64,000 nt of DNA from Lobosporangium transversale (lineage: Eukaryota), in NCBI RefSeq assembly GCF_002105155.1, contig NW_019028981.1:744001-808000 (forward strand), in the 5' to 3' direction. This document shows, one piece after another, positions 36,869-50,712 of the stretch. The position numbers and the translations under genes were made by a program. The notes beneath the pieces are model-generated. The model saw only the letters and a list, made by a program, of their open reading frames with translations, did no database searches and was not told where the DNA came from. Within the stretch, counting starts at the first letter, position 1. Each line of letters begins with the position of its first letter.

Positions 36869-37499
36869 GGCTTTAGACGAAAAAAGAGACAAGGAACTAG
36901 AGAAGATGGAGTAAAACTTGGGAGAAGGGAAAGGGATAGAAAGACTGGGAGGTATGGATGTGGTGGTTTTGTGTGAAGAGTTTGTCCATTTCAACGGCCA
37001 AAACAGTAAATGCCGTCCTCGTATCGCGTGGCCTCACCGCGGATTTCGATAGCAACTTGTGATTCTTTCATCCCCGTTCAATCACTTCCATTCTTTCGTG
37101 TAATTGGCATCCCCTTCTTTCATTCCTTTATTCGTTCATATCTTTAATTTTTTCATCTTTTCTCTACACAGAGAGATATATGTTGATGGATTGACATCAG
37201 CAAATACAAAAAGATTGTCAAAGCAGGTTTTCTTTTTTTGGTGTCTTGTGGTAATTTGTAGTTGTAGCATTAGACAATTATGTAAAGAAAATAAGGCCCA
37301 AATCGGAATTCATAGCAACAATTAGACCGTGTATTCAGATAAACAGGAATCTGCATTGTCAAGTAGACTGTTTGTCGTCAATATAACATTTAATGATTGT
37401 TTAAAATAATAAAAACAGAAATGAGAGGGGTGTTTGTCTAGGAGAAAATGTAGATACTTTTGGTTTGCTGTAGGATTTCTCTATGATTCCTGCAGATGC

Positions 37500-40400
37500 T
37501 TATGATGATGGTGATGCTGTTGATAATGATGTGAGTGCTACGGACGAGGACGAGGCAACTGTCAACGTGGTCGTAGCGGTTGTAGTGGGAGCTGCAGTGA
37601 TGGCAGTTTGCGCGGGCTGAGCACGGTTATGAGCCATGTGGGCCTTGACTAAGTGCCCAGCTATTTTTTAGTAAATAAATAAAAAAAATAAAATAAGAAT
37701 CCAAGCGGCATAATTCCTATTGGACTGACAGTAAAAGGGTCATGTTGATGGTCAAAAGCGCAAAATATTAACTTACCAGCAAGAGCAGCACAAAGCGACA
37801 GTTCACCAGCCATGACACCAGCACAAATAATACGTGCTAGACGCTGGGCATTAGCACCAGGGACCTCAGGATGAGATCCGCGAACTCCTAACATCTCCAG
37901 CATGGCGGCCTGTGGGGGTAAAGCAGTTCCACCACCCAGAGTACCAACTTCGATCGATGGCATGGTGCAGCTGATCAACAAGTCCTGACCATCGTTGACA
38001 GCTTTCATGAGTGTGATACAATTCGAAGATTCGACATTCTGAGCTGGATCCTGACCAGTGGCCAAGTATATGGCAGTCAGGATATTGGCGGCATGTGCGT
38101 TGAAACCCCCCATAGCGCCTGCCATGGCTGATCCAATCAAATTCTTACTAGTATTTAGCTCAACCAAAGCATGGACCGTCGTCTTGAGCACAGATTCGAC
38201 AACCTTGCCAGGAATCACTGCTTCAGCTACAACAGACTTTCCACGACCTTCAATCCAGTTGATCGCCGCGGGCTTCTTGTCTGTGCAGTAGTTTCCTGAA
38301 AGAGAAATAACCATCATGGAGGGGAACTTTTCACCTAAGGCCTCCAAAGCACGCTCACATCCCTTGGAGATCATATTCATACCCATAGCATCTCCTGTTG
38401 TTGTTGAGAATCGAATATAGACTAGGCGACCTGCAACGGCCACTTTGAGCTTACGCAGACGTCCAAAGCGTGTAGTCGAGTTGAATGCCTCCTGCATGGC
38501 CTCGAAGCCTGCTTCCGTATCCAGCCACCTCTTACAGGCACCAGCCTCAGTTACGTTTTGGAATTCAACACAAGGCCCACGAGTCATGCCATCTGCTAAC
38601 AAAACGGTAGTTGCTCCACCACCAGCATTAATAGCCTTACATCCACGAGAGGTCGAAGCCACCAATGTCCCTTCTGTTGTTGCCATCGGTAAATAAAGCA
38701 TCTCTCCGTCTACATTATAAGGCCCTGCAACACCAACTGGCAAAGGCATGTATCCGATCACGTTTTCGCAACACTGACCGATAATCTTAGAGTAGTCATA
38801 ATGATGCATGGGCAAGAGTGAGGTCTCCAGAGTCTTGGTGTGGGATGCACGCGAGATGAGAGCACGACGAATCTTGACTGCGCGAGTCAGGTCACCAAGA
38901 GTCTTTTCCAGGGCATATGACGGAACCTTGTTGCTATTGACAAGCATCACCATCTCTTCATCCGTTACAGAGGTTGCACCGCCAGGAGTCTTAACCAATG
39001 CCAGGCACTCTTCAATTGGACGAACCAAGGCCCAATTTTCCTTATTGCAATCCGAGTCAGTATAGGCTGGCTGAGGCTCTGGAAGGGACTCGACTTTTGG
39101 AATATGTGTAGGCTGGACCTTGGCAGGCACCTTTTGCTGAGACGTGGCGGCAATCTTAGTCGTCGTCGCCACTACAGTTGTCACAGTGGTGGTTGAAGGA
39201 CCTGTTGCAGAGGCAGAAGAGGAGATCTGGGTCTGAGATGGAGGTGCGGCAAGACCTTGGCGAGACTGCTTAGCGACGTTGAGCAAAAAAATGTTGAGCA
39301 ACAGTGAAGCAGCCAGGGTCAGCGAGATGTATTTGGATAGCACTGGATCCTGAATCAAGTAAGACCAAAGATCTATCATTTTTTCAACAGGATGTTCAGT
39401 CCATTGGGTAGCAGTGCTGGCAATAGGAGTCTGGTACTGGAAAGTAAGCGCAGGAGCGACCTCGACAATCATGGGTAGATCCTTAAGGTTTGATGCACGA
39501 TGCACTGCTAAAAGGCTATCAAGGACAGGGGCAACCGTGGGGCTGGAGACATCGACAGAAGAACCAAAAGACGCGTCTACAGTAATAGGGGTTGTCAAAG
39601 TGGTACAAACATTGAAAAGATGCATAGCAACAAATCCAACAATCATAGCGAGCTTCATCCTGGCCACAATGCGTGTTTCTGGCTTGGTAGAATGGACCCC
39701 TGAGGCGGGACTTTGTTTCTCAGCCGTCTCAGCGCTGTGTCCGAGCAAGGCTATCAACGTTAGCTCTCTGAAATATGCAGGCGACTTGCTGCTCTCACGG
39801 ATCCTACGCAGCTCCAGCTTAAGGGTAAGAATGGCGGTGTAAAAAGTGAAGAGAAGGCACAGATCATAGAAGAGCATAAAGGCGGCGAGCAAGCAAAACT
39901 CCCTGAGTCCAGGGATGCCCGAGAGAAAACCGCAGAGCAAAACTGCAATTTCGATGGCACAGTTACGGATCAATATGGGACCGACAGACTCGATTGCAGA
40001 AACAACATGCTTTTGGATGGACTCTGGGACATGGTCTGTAGCAATTTTAGGGCGAAGAATGGCTTTGGAAAGTGTGTAGGCACGTTCATACCCAACAGTG
40101 ATGATGAAGAAGGGGATGGCTTCAGAGAGCTGGATTGGATTAACATAAATACCAAGATTGTGGACGGTAATAACAGCACCCATGAATGCAAATCCGCCGC
40201 CGACAAGCACGGAAACACCGAGCGTGAACTTGGAGCCAAGTCTGCGTAAATTGTGGAAGAGCAGACCAAAAGAGCAAAACATGATGAAGTAGGCTGTCAG
40301 GATAACAAAAACGTCGATTGTACTTGCTTTCTGATCGCCCATAAAAAAAAAAATGCAGTGTGAGTTAGACACGAATTCAAAGTGCTCAGTCCGGTCAAGA

Positions 40401-41376
40401 AAGATGTATAACAACTCTCTACCTGCACTAAGCCCTGGATCTTCCGAGTGACATCGAGCAGCGCAACGGCAATCCAAGCCAGAGCCGATTGTTCGTCCTG
40501 AAGAATCCTAGACTGTGACTTCATGGTAGGTGTGTGCAGATGGGCAACCTTAGACTCCCAAGCCTGTGCCAATCTGGACTGGAATGGACCATTAGCATCA
40601 AACGCATATGATAGCACCAAGGCTGGGGTAGGGGTGCGCACAGATGCAAGGGTCGAGGTACTATCATTGATGGATCCAGGTACGATAGTGGAACGAATTT
40701 CCTTGAAGAGATAGTCGATAGTATCCATGTTTTCAGTGACAGTAGTGAGCACCTCACCATCTTTGATAAAGCTCTGCATATCTTTATCCCAGAGGTGAAT
40801 AGGTGAGACTAAGACCTGATCTTCGATCAGATTTTGCAGCTGAAGAACAGAAGTAAGTAGAGATTTCTTCATCGCATTATTTGAGCAACCATCGTTACAC
40901 TCGGCGGTAGTCCAGGACGCAGAAACGGAAGGATCGGCAGTAATCAAAACCTGATTCAGTTGTAATTGTTGTGCATTTCTAGGGATTTTGTTGGAACGTT
41001 TGTCAAAGGGCATGAAGCTGTCCATGCCAGGTTTAGCAATGACAGTAGCAGGCTGATAAACTACTACATTATTGATGTCAAAAAAGGTAGAATGGCGGAT
41101 GGTATTGAAGAGAGTAAAGTATGCAAATGAGGCTAGGACTAAACAGAGAGATATGGATTCGATAGGATGCATAGTGGTAACTGAGGCCAATGTGTGCAGA
41201 AAGCGACGCAGAGCTGAATTCTGATAGCGAGAATCCAATGCAATGGTATCAAGATCATCATGATGATGAGTGCGATGATGGCGATGGTGACTGTTCCTGC
41301 GACCATGCGTGCTGTTATCGTGAGGATGATGATCCTTGGTGGCTCTTGCCTCAGGGGTATGGGTCTTTCCGGTCAT
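37500..41376 (-). CDS. HMG1: 3-hydroxy-3-methylglutaryl-CoA reductase (class I, with sterol-sensing domain)
   Basis: Exons 41376-40423, 40330-37777 and 37660-37500. Motifs HPIE, SKFTL...LSEAIPFFIITVGYE (SSD), CCENVIGY, PMATTEGTLVAS, DAMGMNM, SGNYCTDKKPAA, GQDPAQNVESS and ALAAGHLVKAHMAHNR. Confidence 0.98.
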
Positions 41377-42947
41377 GATAGCTGATGAGAAACCAGAGAT
41401 GACTGCAAGAGGGAGGTGTCGAGGTAGAGAGCCAAGGCGTGTCTGGCTATGTCTCTACAGTAAAGAAACAAGAACGGGATGATATCTAGACGATGCAACA
41501 AGTGGGAGCAAGGAGAGTGGTGGTGAAGATGAGAAAAGAAGGAAAAGAGGAATAGGAATGAGATGGAAGAAATGAACAACTTTCAAATGCTGTGAAGAGT
41601 TCGCATTTCAGTCCCGACCTATCCTATCCGAAGTAACTTACAAAAAATAAAAAAATAAATCAAAGTCCGTCTGATTCTGTTGGGCCATTTGGTCAATTAG
41701 AAGCGAAATAGGCTGAGATAGTAGATATAATTGACAAGGCTAGCACAGAAAATCAGGCCACACACCGTTCCTCCATACAACTGAACAGGCCACATTCTCC
41801 CTCTCCTTATCCATCGGGTCATAAATAAACATTGTGTTCATGCATGTGGATACACATTGCATATCATTTCATTCCAACAGAATACAGTTAAGTTAGTGCA
41901 ACAGTCTTTTCCTATCTATCTTTAAAACACACGTACGGCGGACACACTTTAAAAAGAAAGTATATCTATCCTAGTGTCGTGAACATCCCAGTCTTCAGCA
42001 TATAGTAGTCTGTCATCACGTATTACTGTCCTCACCTTCACATTCACATTATGAGATAATTTGACAGCCCCGCAAAGAATGCCTGTCTTCATGTCTATTC
42101 AGCATCGCTCTTTTTAGAGCTAATTCAATTAATATAAGGGTAGAATACGTTCGTAAGGACAGTTGTATTGTGCTTCAGTAGACTATCTGTCTATCATTCT
42201 TAAAACTTTTCTCTCCATCTCTGTTGGGTGAAGCTGCAGATTCCTTACATGCTGGCTCAATAAGCCAACGGAAGAAACACCCGGTTGGTATGATATGTCT
42301 AAACTGCATTCCTGTACATAGTCAAGAAGGAAAACAACAGTAGTAACAAAGATCTGTTGCTGTACATTTACATGTAGGGGTTGGGTGGATGCGAGCATTG
42401 TTTATCTTTGTCTTTGCATATTGTACAACTAAATTGGCAGCTGGGAATGCTAAAGTTTAAGCCAAGTGATGCACTTGAAGTATTTACCGCATGTTGGCTT
42501 GATGTGACCGAACAGCCGTTTCTTTCTGCCACTGACTTTGCGACACTTGTATCGCATAAAATAACCACCATTTGTCATCATAACTCCCTCCTATAGTCGC
42601 TTGCAAATACATTTACCCACGCATCCTACTAATAGTTACGAGCCAAAGACGCGTCTTCACCCTATCTTTATTTATTTATTTTTTTTGTTGGTTAATTACC
42701 TTGCTTGAGCTTGCTACTGTTTTATTATGCATGAAGATGCAGGAGAAATGATGAGAGATTTTCAAATAATATGGTATATATATTTGACCATGGATGTTGG
42801 ATTATAAACATATTAGTAGTAAAGCAGTGAAAAAGTTATATGAGAATAGTATAACTATGGATAAATAAGGTTTTCTTCAAGCCGGTAAATGTATTTGGAA
42901 TTATAATTCTACTTTCATTATGAAGGAAAGTATACATGATCTTTCTC

Positions 42948-43800
42948 CTATATTTGAGACTCCCTAATGGTGACAATTGTGGATTCTGGCTTCCTCGCCC
43001 TTTCAATTTCATTGTTGACTCTGCTATCCTTGATCTGTGGATTCATTTTGTTGTAGTAAACATAAAATCCAAAAATAATGAAATCGCAGATTAGGACTAC
43101 GACATAGTTGAGTGTAGCCAAGAGGTCGAACGTATCACGGAAGCAAAGACTGATAATCGAAAACATTGCGCCCATAGCATCCGCAGCGATGAATGCCATG
43201 CTAACACCTACTACGGACTTGCTTTTATAGATGTCAATGTACTGAGGTATAAATCCAATGGCTAGTAGAATGATAGGAATCAGTCCCGCTGCGATCGTCG
43301 TACCTAGAACCTCATGATCTTTACCTGCCTATTGCAAATGCAAACATGGTCATTATATACAAAATAAAGATCTTTTTCTGTGTTTCAATGCACAATGCGA
43401 TAGATACAGTGACTAACATCAGATATCTTACCCTTGTAGCATATATAGCAGCAATTTGAATGCTCGCCATAGCCACAAACATTAAAATGCCACCTATAAT
43501 AGTGTTCTTGATAGACCATTGGGTCCTCTTGCCATAGTAAAGGCATTGTAGGCAGCACAATGCTGACAACGAGCCAAATATTTGTGGCTGGACAATGATA
43601 GGGATTGACAGCCCTTCCACTACGCCATATGATCCAAATCCCAGGGCAGCCAACGTCCAAATGAAAAACATGGAACAGGATAGACCTTTCGTAGACTTGG
43701 TTTTGTAATTATCAATGGCCTGAGGTAACAACTGTAAGCTCCAAAAGATGATCCCCAGCATCCCAAAAATATTCTCGAGGATGTTCTTTGTGGTAGCCAT
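42948..43800 (-). CDS. PQ-loop repeat membrane transporter
   Basis: Exons 43800-43432 and 43328-42948. Two PQ-loop units (WSLQLLPQAIDNYKTKSTKGLS; GFIPQYIDIYKSKSVVGVS) and about 7 hydrophobic segments. Confidence 0.9.
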
Positions 43801-44621
43801 GTGCCAGATGTTTGGCCGATTCGTAGATGGGGAGATAGTAGCAGAAATATGAATACAGATGGTGGGGTGATCGGTATGATCTTGTTTAATTGTTGGTCTC
43901 AGAAAAGACGACAGCTGAAAGGCCCTTTGCGATGCGATCTATTCAAGGAGTGTAAGAGGGCTTGGAACAAAAAGTAGGGGCGAGAGAAAAGGGAAGGAAG
44001 AGCAGCGGAAGATTAATAGAGAATGAACATAAAAAAGACCGAACAAAGCTCCAGATAGACATGAGTCGTTAATAAAAATTTTACCATGTTTATCATTGAG
44101 TGGCCCCGAAAGACACATAGAAAGATGAACTGGAAGGCAGCTGGGTTTCGTTTAGAGATCACTGTGATCGGGATGCTGAGTAGGCAGATCTTAATTCAGG
44201 GCAATGTAATCCATGACTGGAAAAACAATTTGTCATTGGAGGCATTGGATGGCTGGTTTGACAATAGAGGAATGGCATCGGTTGAAAAGTTGCCCAACAT
44301 AGTTTACTCTGAATTGATAAATGAGTTTTTCTTTTTATTCGACTGTTTTAGTGTATAATGAGACTGGAAGAGCAAGATTCTCGTAAAAAAAAAAAAAAAA
44401 CCAAAAGCAAAAACAAACAAGACAAGCAACAAAAACAAAAGCAAAAAAACTAACAAAAACAGCTACGATAAAATTACAGGAAGATGGATGATATATAAGT
44501 TACAAAAAAAAAAAAAAAAAAAAAAGGAAAGAATGCAAGAAATGGAATATGACGCATGAAGAGCTTGGGGTTTCATAGCCCTGGGAATACACAATAGAAA
44601 CATAGAAACAGGATCAATAAA

Positions 44622-46794
44622 TTATGCTGCAGGGGCACAGTGTCCAATAGCACCAAGGAATAGCCCGTTATAGTTGCTTTCCAGGCCATTCTGGAGACAT
44701 GCGCGTGCTAACAAACGCTGAAGTCGCTCATGTGAAGTCCTGCATCCGTTTGCTGCAGCACGCTCGAACCACATAGATGCCTCCTCAAGATCGACATCGC
44801 ATCCCAAGCCCTTTTCCTATTTTGCCAAACATTTTTTCAAAAAAAAAAAAAAAAAAAATCAGTCAAAGATCTATAATAATGAGGATTCGCACCCTTGGAC
44901 GATCAAGAATACTACATAAAACCAAGGTCTATCAACTCACCAAAGCATTGGCGAGATGGTATTGTCCTGCCAAATGGCCCTGCTCAGCAGCAAGTCTGAA
45001 ATAACGGACAGCAAGTTTAACATCCTGTGCAATTCCTTGACCGAGCTGTAGGCATACGCCTAGCTTGTCTTGAGCACGAGCGTGGTTTTGAGCGGCCGCC
45101 AAAGAATAATACTTGACTGCCATTTCATAGTTCTGGTCCACACCGATCTCGTTGGCATAACAAAAGCCAAGGTTGCACTGAGCCCAAGGATTGTTTTGTG
45201 CTGCTGATTTTTCATACCAAAACACAGCCTTTTTGCGATCCTTTTCAACACCGAGACCTTCTTCATAGCAGAATCCAAGAGAGTTTTGAGCAAGCGCGTT
45301 TCCTTGAATGGCAGAACGATAGAACCACTTGACAGCCTCCTTAGGCTCCTTGGGCACACCGACCCCATTACGGAAGCAATAACCGAGAGAGAGTTGAGCA
45401 GGCGCATGGTTCTCCTCAGCGGAGAGATAGTACCAGTATACGGCTTCATCAAGGTTTTGCTGAACACCAATTCCGTTCTGATAGCAATATCCAAGTGAAT
45501 GGAACGCAAAGATGTTACCGCGTTCTGCAGACTTCATGTACCACTTGACGGCCTCGACAGGGTCCTTAGGAACACCGATGCCGTTCTGGTAACAGAATCC
45601 GAGATTGTGTTGAGCACGTGCATGTCCCTGTAAAGCAGCCTTACGATACCAGTATGCGCCCTTGGCATCATCCTTAGGCACACCGATACCGTTCTGATTG
45701 CAGTATCCGAGATTGCACTCTGCCCAGGGGTAACCCTGCTCTGCTGATTTTGTATACCATTCTGCTGCGAGCTCCAGGTTTTGTTCGATCCCGACGCCAT
45801 CCTCATAGCAATATCCGAGTGAGTTTTGAGCAAAAGCATTGCCGAGCTCGGCGGAACGACGATACCACTTGACGGCCTCATAAGGGTCACGGTCGACCCC
45901 GAGACCATCTTCATAACAGTATCCGATGTTATACAAGGCTACGGACTCGCCCTGTTCAGCAGCAATGCGATACCAGTACATGGCCTTATGACGGTCGCGC
46001 TCCACACCAAAGCCCTCGCCATAGCAATAGCCAAGGATACCTTGGCCACGTGCATTACCTTGTTCAGCAGACTTTTGGTACCAGCAAAAAGCTTCAGTTG
46101 CATTTTTCTCGACTCCGACACCATCATGGAAGCAGACACCGAGAGCATACTGACAGCAGTCGTGGTTATCGACAGAGGCAGCTTCCATGAGCCAGGTCAA
46201 GGCGGAGGGGCCTTGTTGGTTGATCTTTTGCTGCCAGTACTCGGACTCGATACGATCGATCTTGACAGATGGACGGCCATACTTGCGCAAGAAAGCAAGG
46301 CGAGACATGGCAAGACCATTGCCTCGTTCCGCAGCGAGGATGTAAAGGCGTTCAGACTCTACGAAATCCGCTTGGATTCCTAGGCCGAATTCGTAACAAA
46401 AAGCGAGAGCGCCCTGCGCCTCCAAATGACCGAGTTGCACAGCCATACGGTAATATTCGACAGCCGCAGCTTCGTCCTTTGTGTGGCCGTGACGGCCAAA
46501 GAGCAACTGCTGAGCAAGCTCAAAAAGGCGTTGAGCCCGGGCAGCATCCTGAGGATCCTGAATAACTGCAGAAGCAACCGAAGTATCTGCCAAAGGTGCA
46601 TTTGCTTTTGAGAATGAATCGCAGGAAGAAGTGGTTGAGAAGGGACATAGAGAGGAAGAGGACGAAGAGCAAATAGGTGCACCACTAGCAGAGGAGACAG
46701 TGGAGACAGGGAGCCTGTATTTCTTGTTGAGCTTTGAGAAGACGCTACGTCCGCGATGGATAATATGAGAGGCTGACATGGTGGGACCGGCCAT
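44622..46794 (-). CDS. SEL1-like repeat (SLR) protein
   Basis: Exons 46794-44941 and 44816-44622. More than a dozen tandem 36-aa units of the form AQxxLGxCYxxGxGVxxDxxxAxxWYxxxAxQG. No signal peptide or kinase domain was seen. Confidence 0.93.
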
Positions 46795-47028
46795 TAAATG
46801 TGATAGAGTGGCGGTTAGAGAGTGAAGAAAAAAGAAAATGCAACGGATAGGAGAAAAGAGCAAGATGTGATTTGAGAGGAAGGATATAAAGACAGGGTTA
46901 ATGAACTAGAAAGAGAAAGACAAGGCGGGGAGAAAGAGAGGAGTGACAAGGGGGAGGTCAGGAAAAGTGAGCTTGTGACAGGATCAATGATGTAAGCAAA
47001 AAGAGAGTCAGCGATGAGGAGAAATGAA

Positions 47029-47096
47029 GAGGAAGGAAGGAAGGAAGGAAGGAAGGAAGGAAGGAAGGAGAGAAGGAAGGAAGGAAGGAAGGAAAG
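47029..47096 (+). repeat. (GGAA)n microsatellite within a long purine-rich tract upstream of the SEL1 gene
   Basis: ggaaggaagg... repeated about 15 times with one interruption. Confidence 0.9.
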
Positions 47097-47420
47097 GATG
47101 AATGGATGAAAGGAAAGGACAAAGGGGAAAGGAAAGCGAAGAGAAAAAAGAAAAAGAGATAAAGGGTAGAAGAAGAGGTTTTTTTGTTATTTTATTCATC
47201 CACTTGTTCTTGAAAAAGAAAAAAGAAAAAAAAGGGCGAATCATGTTGTTGGGTCTTTTGTGTACTTGTGCAGTAAAGAAAAAAAAAAAAAAAAAAAAAA
47301 CTTGTCATGAGACGACAGAATCCAATGATGGATGGTTGGTCATGAAGATAGCCAATAGTAAGATGATTTATTGTACAGACAACATATTTCAGTGACAATA
47401 ATATTATATTTAGACAATAG

Positions 47421-47451
<31 letters not shown>

Positions 47452-49754
47452 GTGCAGCAAGGTGGAGCAAAGATGAATGCTGACTCGCTGCTCAACCTCT
47501 CGATCCAAATTGGTCGCATTGGGCACCAATGGCAACTCTTCGGAGACATTAAAATATAAACATCGAGTAGAGTTATCATTCCTTTTTCTTTTTTTCCTTT
47601 TTTGAAGCACATGTTACAGGAGAACAGTGGGGTGGTATTTAGTGCGATATGTCTGGAGTCTAGTGTTGGCACAGATGTGACTGAGAGTTACTAATCGATT
47701 TGGATTAGAACAGGAGTGCACAGTCAAATATTCAAATGAATATTGTGTACATGTACGAAGGAGCGAGTTAGGGGTGTTTGGTAGTGTACATGGAATTAGA
47801 GCCAACGGGAGGCGAAGGATGCCATCGCTGCAGTCTTTTTTAGTACATTATCCACCAGCCAATGCCATTAGCTCAGCCTAATAAATAGTACCTGACTGCT
47901 AGCTTCTAGGCATGATAGTAGCTCAGTTTGAGGATGAGCCCATCGGCACTACTGCACAAATGATTCACCAACCTTACTTCGAAAATGTTTCTTCGGGCAT
48001 TTGTATATTTTTGTACAAATAAAATAAGCACCCCGCCACCCATCCTGAACATAACAAAAGAAAAGTGAGTATATATATATCTGTTTCTTAGGATCTTTCG
48101 TCCTTCTTAATCTCCTTCTACACGCACAATCACTAACAAAATATTATACACCATTTACCATTTCTCTTAATAGCTTATAAAATATATAAATTCATTCAAA
48201 GAGTATGAACATGCTTCTCCTCAATAGTCAAAAATGAATACAGATGGTTACGATTATGGTTATAGCAATAGTCTATAGCACAAGTAATATAAATACGCTG
48301 ATTGGTACCAATAGAAACACAAAAAAATTATTCTGAATGTTCTCAACTTTCTTTAACCCACAAAAAAAAAAGTCAATTGCAAACGAGGTAGAAAACAAGT
48401 AGGTTCACTTGCTAACCATTCGCAATTTTGTTGACACAAAGGAGAGAAATCAATTATGCAATTATCATCACAACACCAAGGAAGAAAAAACTCTGCGCAT
48501 GTGCCATGTCTCTTGTTTGTTCATCTGCGAGATAGTAGGGCTTGTGCTTGTTGCCTGTTTTGGGCGGGTTCAAATCAATTAAAAAGTTCTTTACAAATTC
48601 GTAATGGACTTTAGTCTAACCAGAAAGGGAATTAGCCAGGTCCCAGCGGTGTTGTAAATCACAGTGCTCAGGGACAATTAGGAATCTTTTATTAGCATTT
48701 TTTTTTTTCTTCTACGGGCTCCATGGCGATGTTTGTTGTTATCATCTCGTCTATAATCTTCCTGAACTGCTTTTCCTATTACTTGATCTGATTCTATGAT
48801 GCTTTTTTTTCTTCGCTGTTGATCATGAAATAGTGATTTTATATGTGTGCGTATTAGGGTTAGGACACACCTGGACTAAGATAGTATCACAAAATGAACT
48901 AAAGCATTACTATCCTTTGCCTTTTCGTTTCAAATGAAGACTTTAAAAGTATGAGGGGCTATCCTAAAAGGTAGACTAACCGTATTTTGTCACCACATTG
49001 ATTCATGTTCACCATCTGTGAAATGTTTATAGATCAGCCGAACTGCTTTACAGTTCGCTTTTCTACGACCCACAATTGGGATACCAGCCATCAGCCCAAT
49101 CAATCCAATCAATCCAATCAATCCAAAACATGCGGGCGCACAGACCTTCATAGGCATGAATGTCCCTAAATTTATTTGAATGGCACAAATTGTGTATAGA
49201 TCACTAGAGAAAGATTTATCTTTTACGTTTGTGCGGCCAAGAGCTTTTTGATATACGCCTTTTGATCGTGAGGATCTTGCCAGAAAAGTTCTCCATGCTA
49301 TGGAGCTTTGGATAAAAATATCGCTCGTGGCCAATCTTTATGTAGCAGCAAGGGGTCAGATCTGAGATAAGGTAAAAGATTGAGTTCTCTGTTTAGCAGC
49401 GCCATAGATTAGTCAAACGACTAATCCAGCGACGGTGGCAGATCATCTTTCTCCAAGGCAGCTGCCTCATTGCCAAGATCGAAGGGTTCTTGATGCCAAC
49501 GTTCATGATGATGAAGCAAGCCCTCACTAGGATATTTAAATGAAACTAAAATGGATATTTTTGTTCACCACCGTTTAAATTCAACTTTGTTTTAAATAGG
49601 ACATTGATTCAGGCTTCCATCTGTCATTGTCGCCACGGCTTGGTTCAGTCCTGAAATATGGTAACCGCAGTGTTCAACTAAGGTATGGAGGCGACGGCTG
49701 ACAGGCTCCAAGATGCTGATACTTGCATCTTGCTTTTCTAAGTCAGCAAGGAAA

Positions 49755-50712
49755 GCCTACAAATCACTCAATATTTGCACGTTATCCTTGTTGTCCTTGA
49801 TACCTTTCTCAACCAACTCGTCAATGGCAGTCTTGAATCATTGAAGAGAAGAAAGAATACATATATAACTGTCTTGGTACCACTCGGGCATTCTCCAAAA
49901 AGTGCTCTCAGAGAGTCTTTAAGGTCACAGACAAGTACCTGCGTTCACGGAAAAGGAAATGAACAGCTACATCTTATTCAAACGTTGCGTCGCTATGGAA
50001 TTTCGATCGCAACTGTCTCACAACCAAGGTATTCCTGAGAATGGATTAAAGTGGGCGTTGGTAGAGCCCACAATGATGCGACTGTCCGTTAGAATGACAG
50101 CAGAAGTGACAAGAGTATTCCACTTAGCTGTCCCATTGAGGATGCATTGGCAGCGATTGTGGACTGTTGCCTTTACAATGTAGTTATTCCAGTCTAGATA
50201 TGCAAGGTCTTTATTTTAGGGTCTCAAGAATTCCTGCAGCCATACACCTCTACCTTCAACACGAACGGGACATTCGGTCCAGAGAAGACGAGGGATCCTG
50301 CGAGTAATCGGGTAATCTCGCTTCCATGATCTGCGAAAGTAGACTCACAAGTGTCCTAATCCAGGAATTTATACTCGCCTTGATCAACGTCTGTACTCGT
50401 GGTGGGCAAGAGCGATTTTAGGAGCCGCGTCTCTATTGTTGCAAGACGCACTCAACATCCTTTGACTCTTTGCAGTGACCGGGACGGAAACTATGTCCTC
50501 ATCAACAAGCGGCTTTTCTGGGACTGTAAGGAGATGGACTGAATCCTAGAAGGCAGTTTTACAACCATGGACTCGCACAGGTCCAGGACGGCGTCGTGTA
50601 AACGTTGCCTTTGATTCCAATTAGGATGGCACAATACTGGATCAACTGATCTTCGCCGCACCTGTTATTCGAAGTTATACAATCAAACGAGCCGGAGTAG
50701 TGGCAACAAACT
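49755..50712 (-). pseudogene. Decayed coding relic, possibly of a multicopy PD-(D/E)xK-like family
   Basis: Protein-like fragments in order on the minus strand: RLHDAVLDLCES...LLKSLLPTT, ARLPDY, VPFVLKV, KDLAYL, KTAIDELVEKGIKD. Many stops and frameshifts. Confidence 0.3.

Noticed and set aside
42183..42600. Short ORFs between HMG1 and the PQ-loop gene
   Set aside because: There is no consistent frame, splice structure or motif.
44941..46500. Regular ~108-nt periodicity that could mimic a repeat array or CRISPR
   Set aside because: It is explained by coding SEL1 repeats, with no identical nucleotide repeats or spacers.
49097..49126. Three tandem CCAATCAAT units
   Set aside because: This is a simple minisatellite with no nearby gene start to link it to CCAAT-box function.
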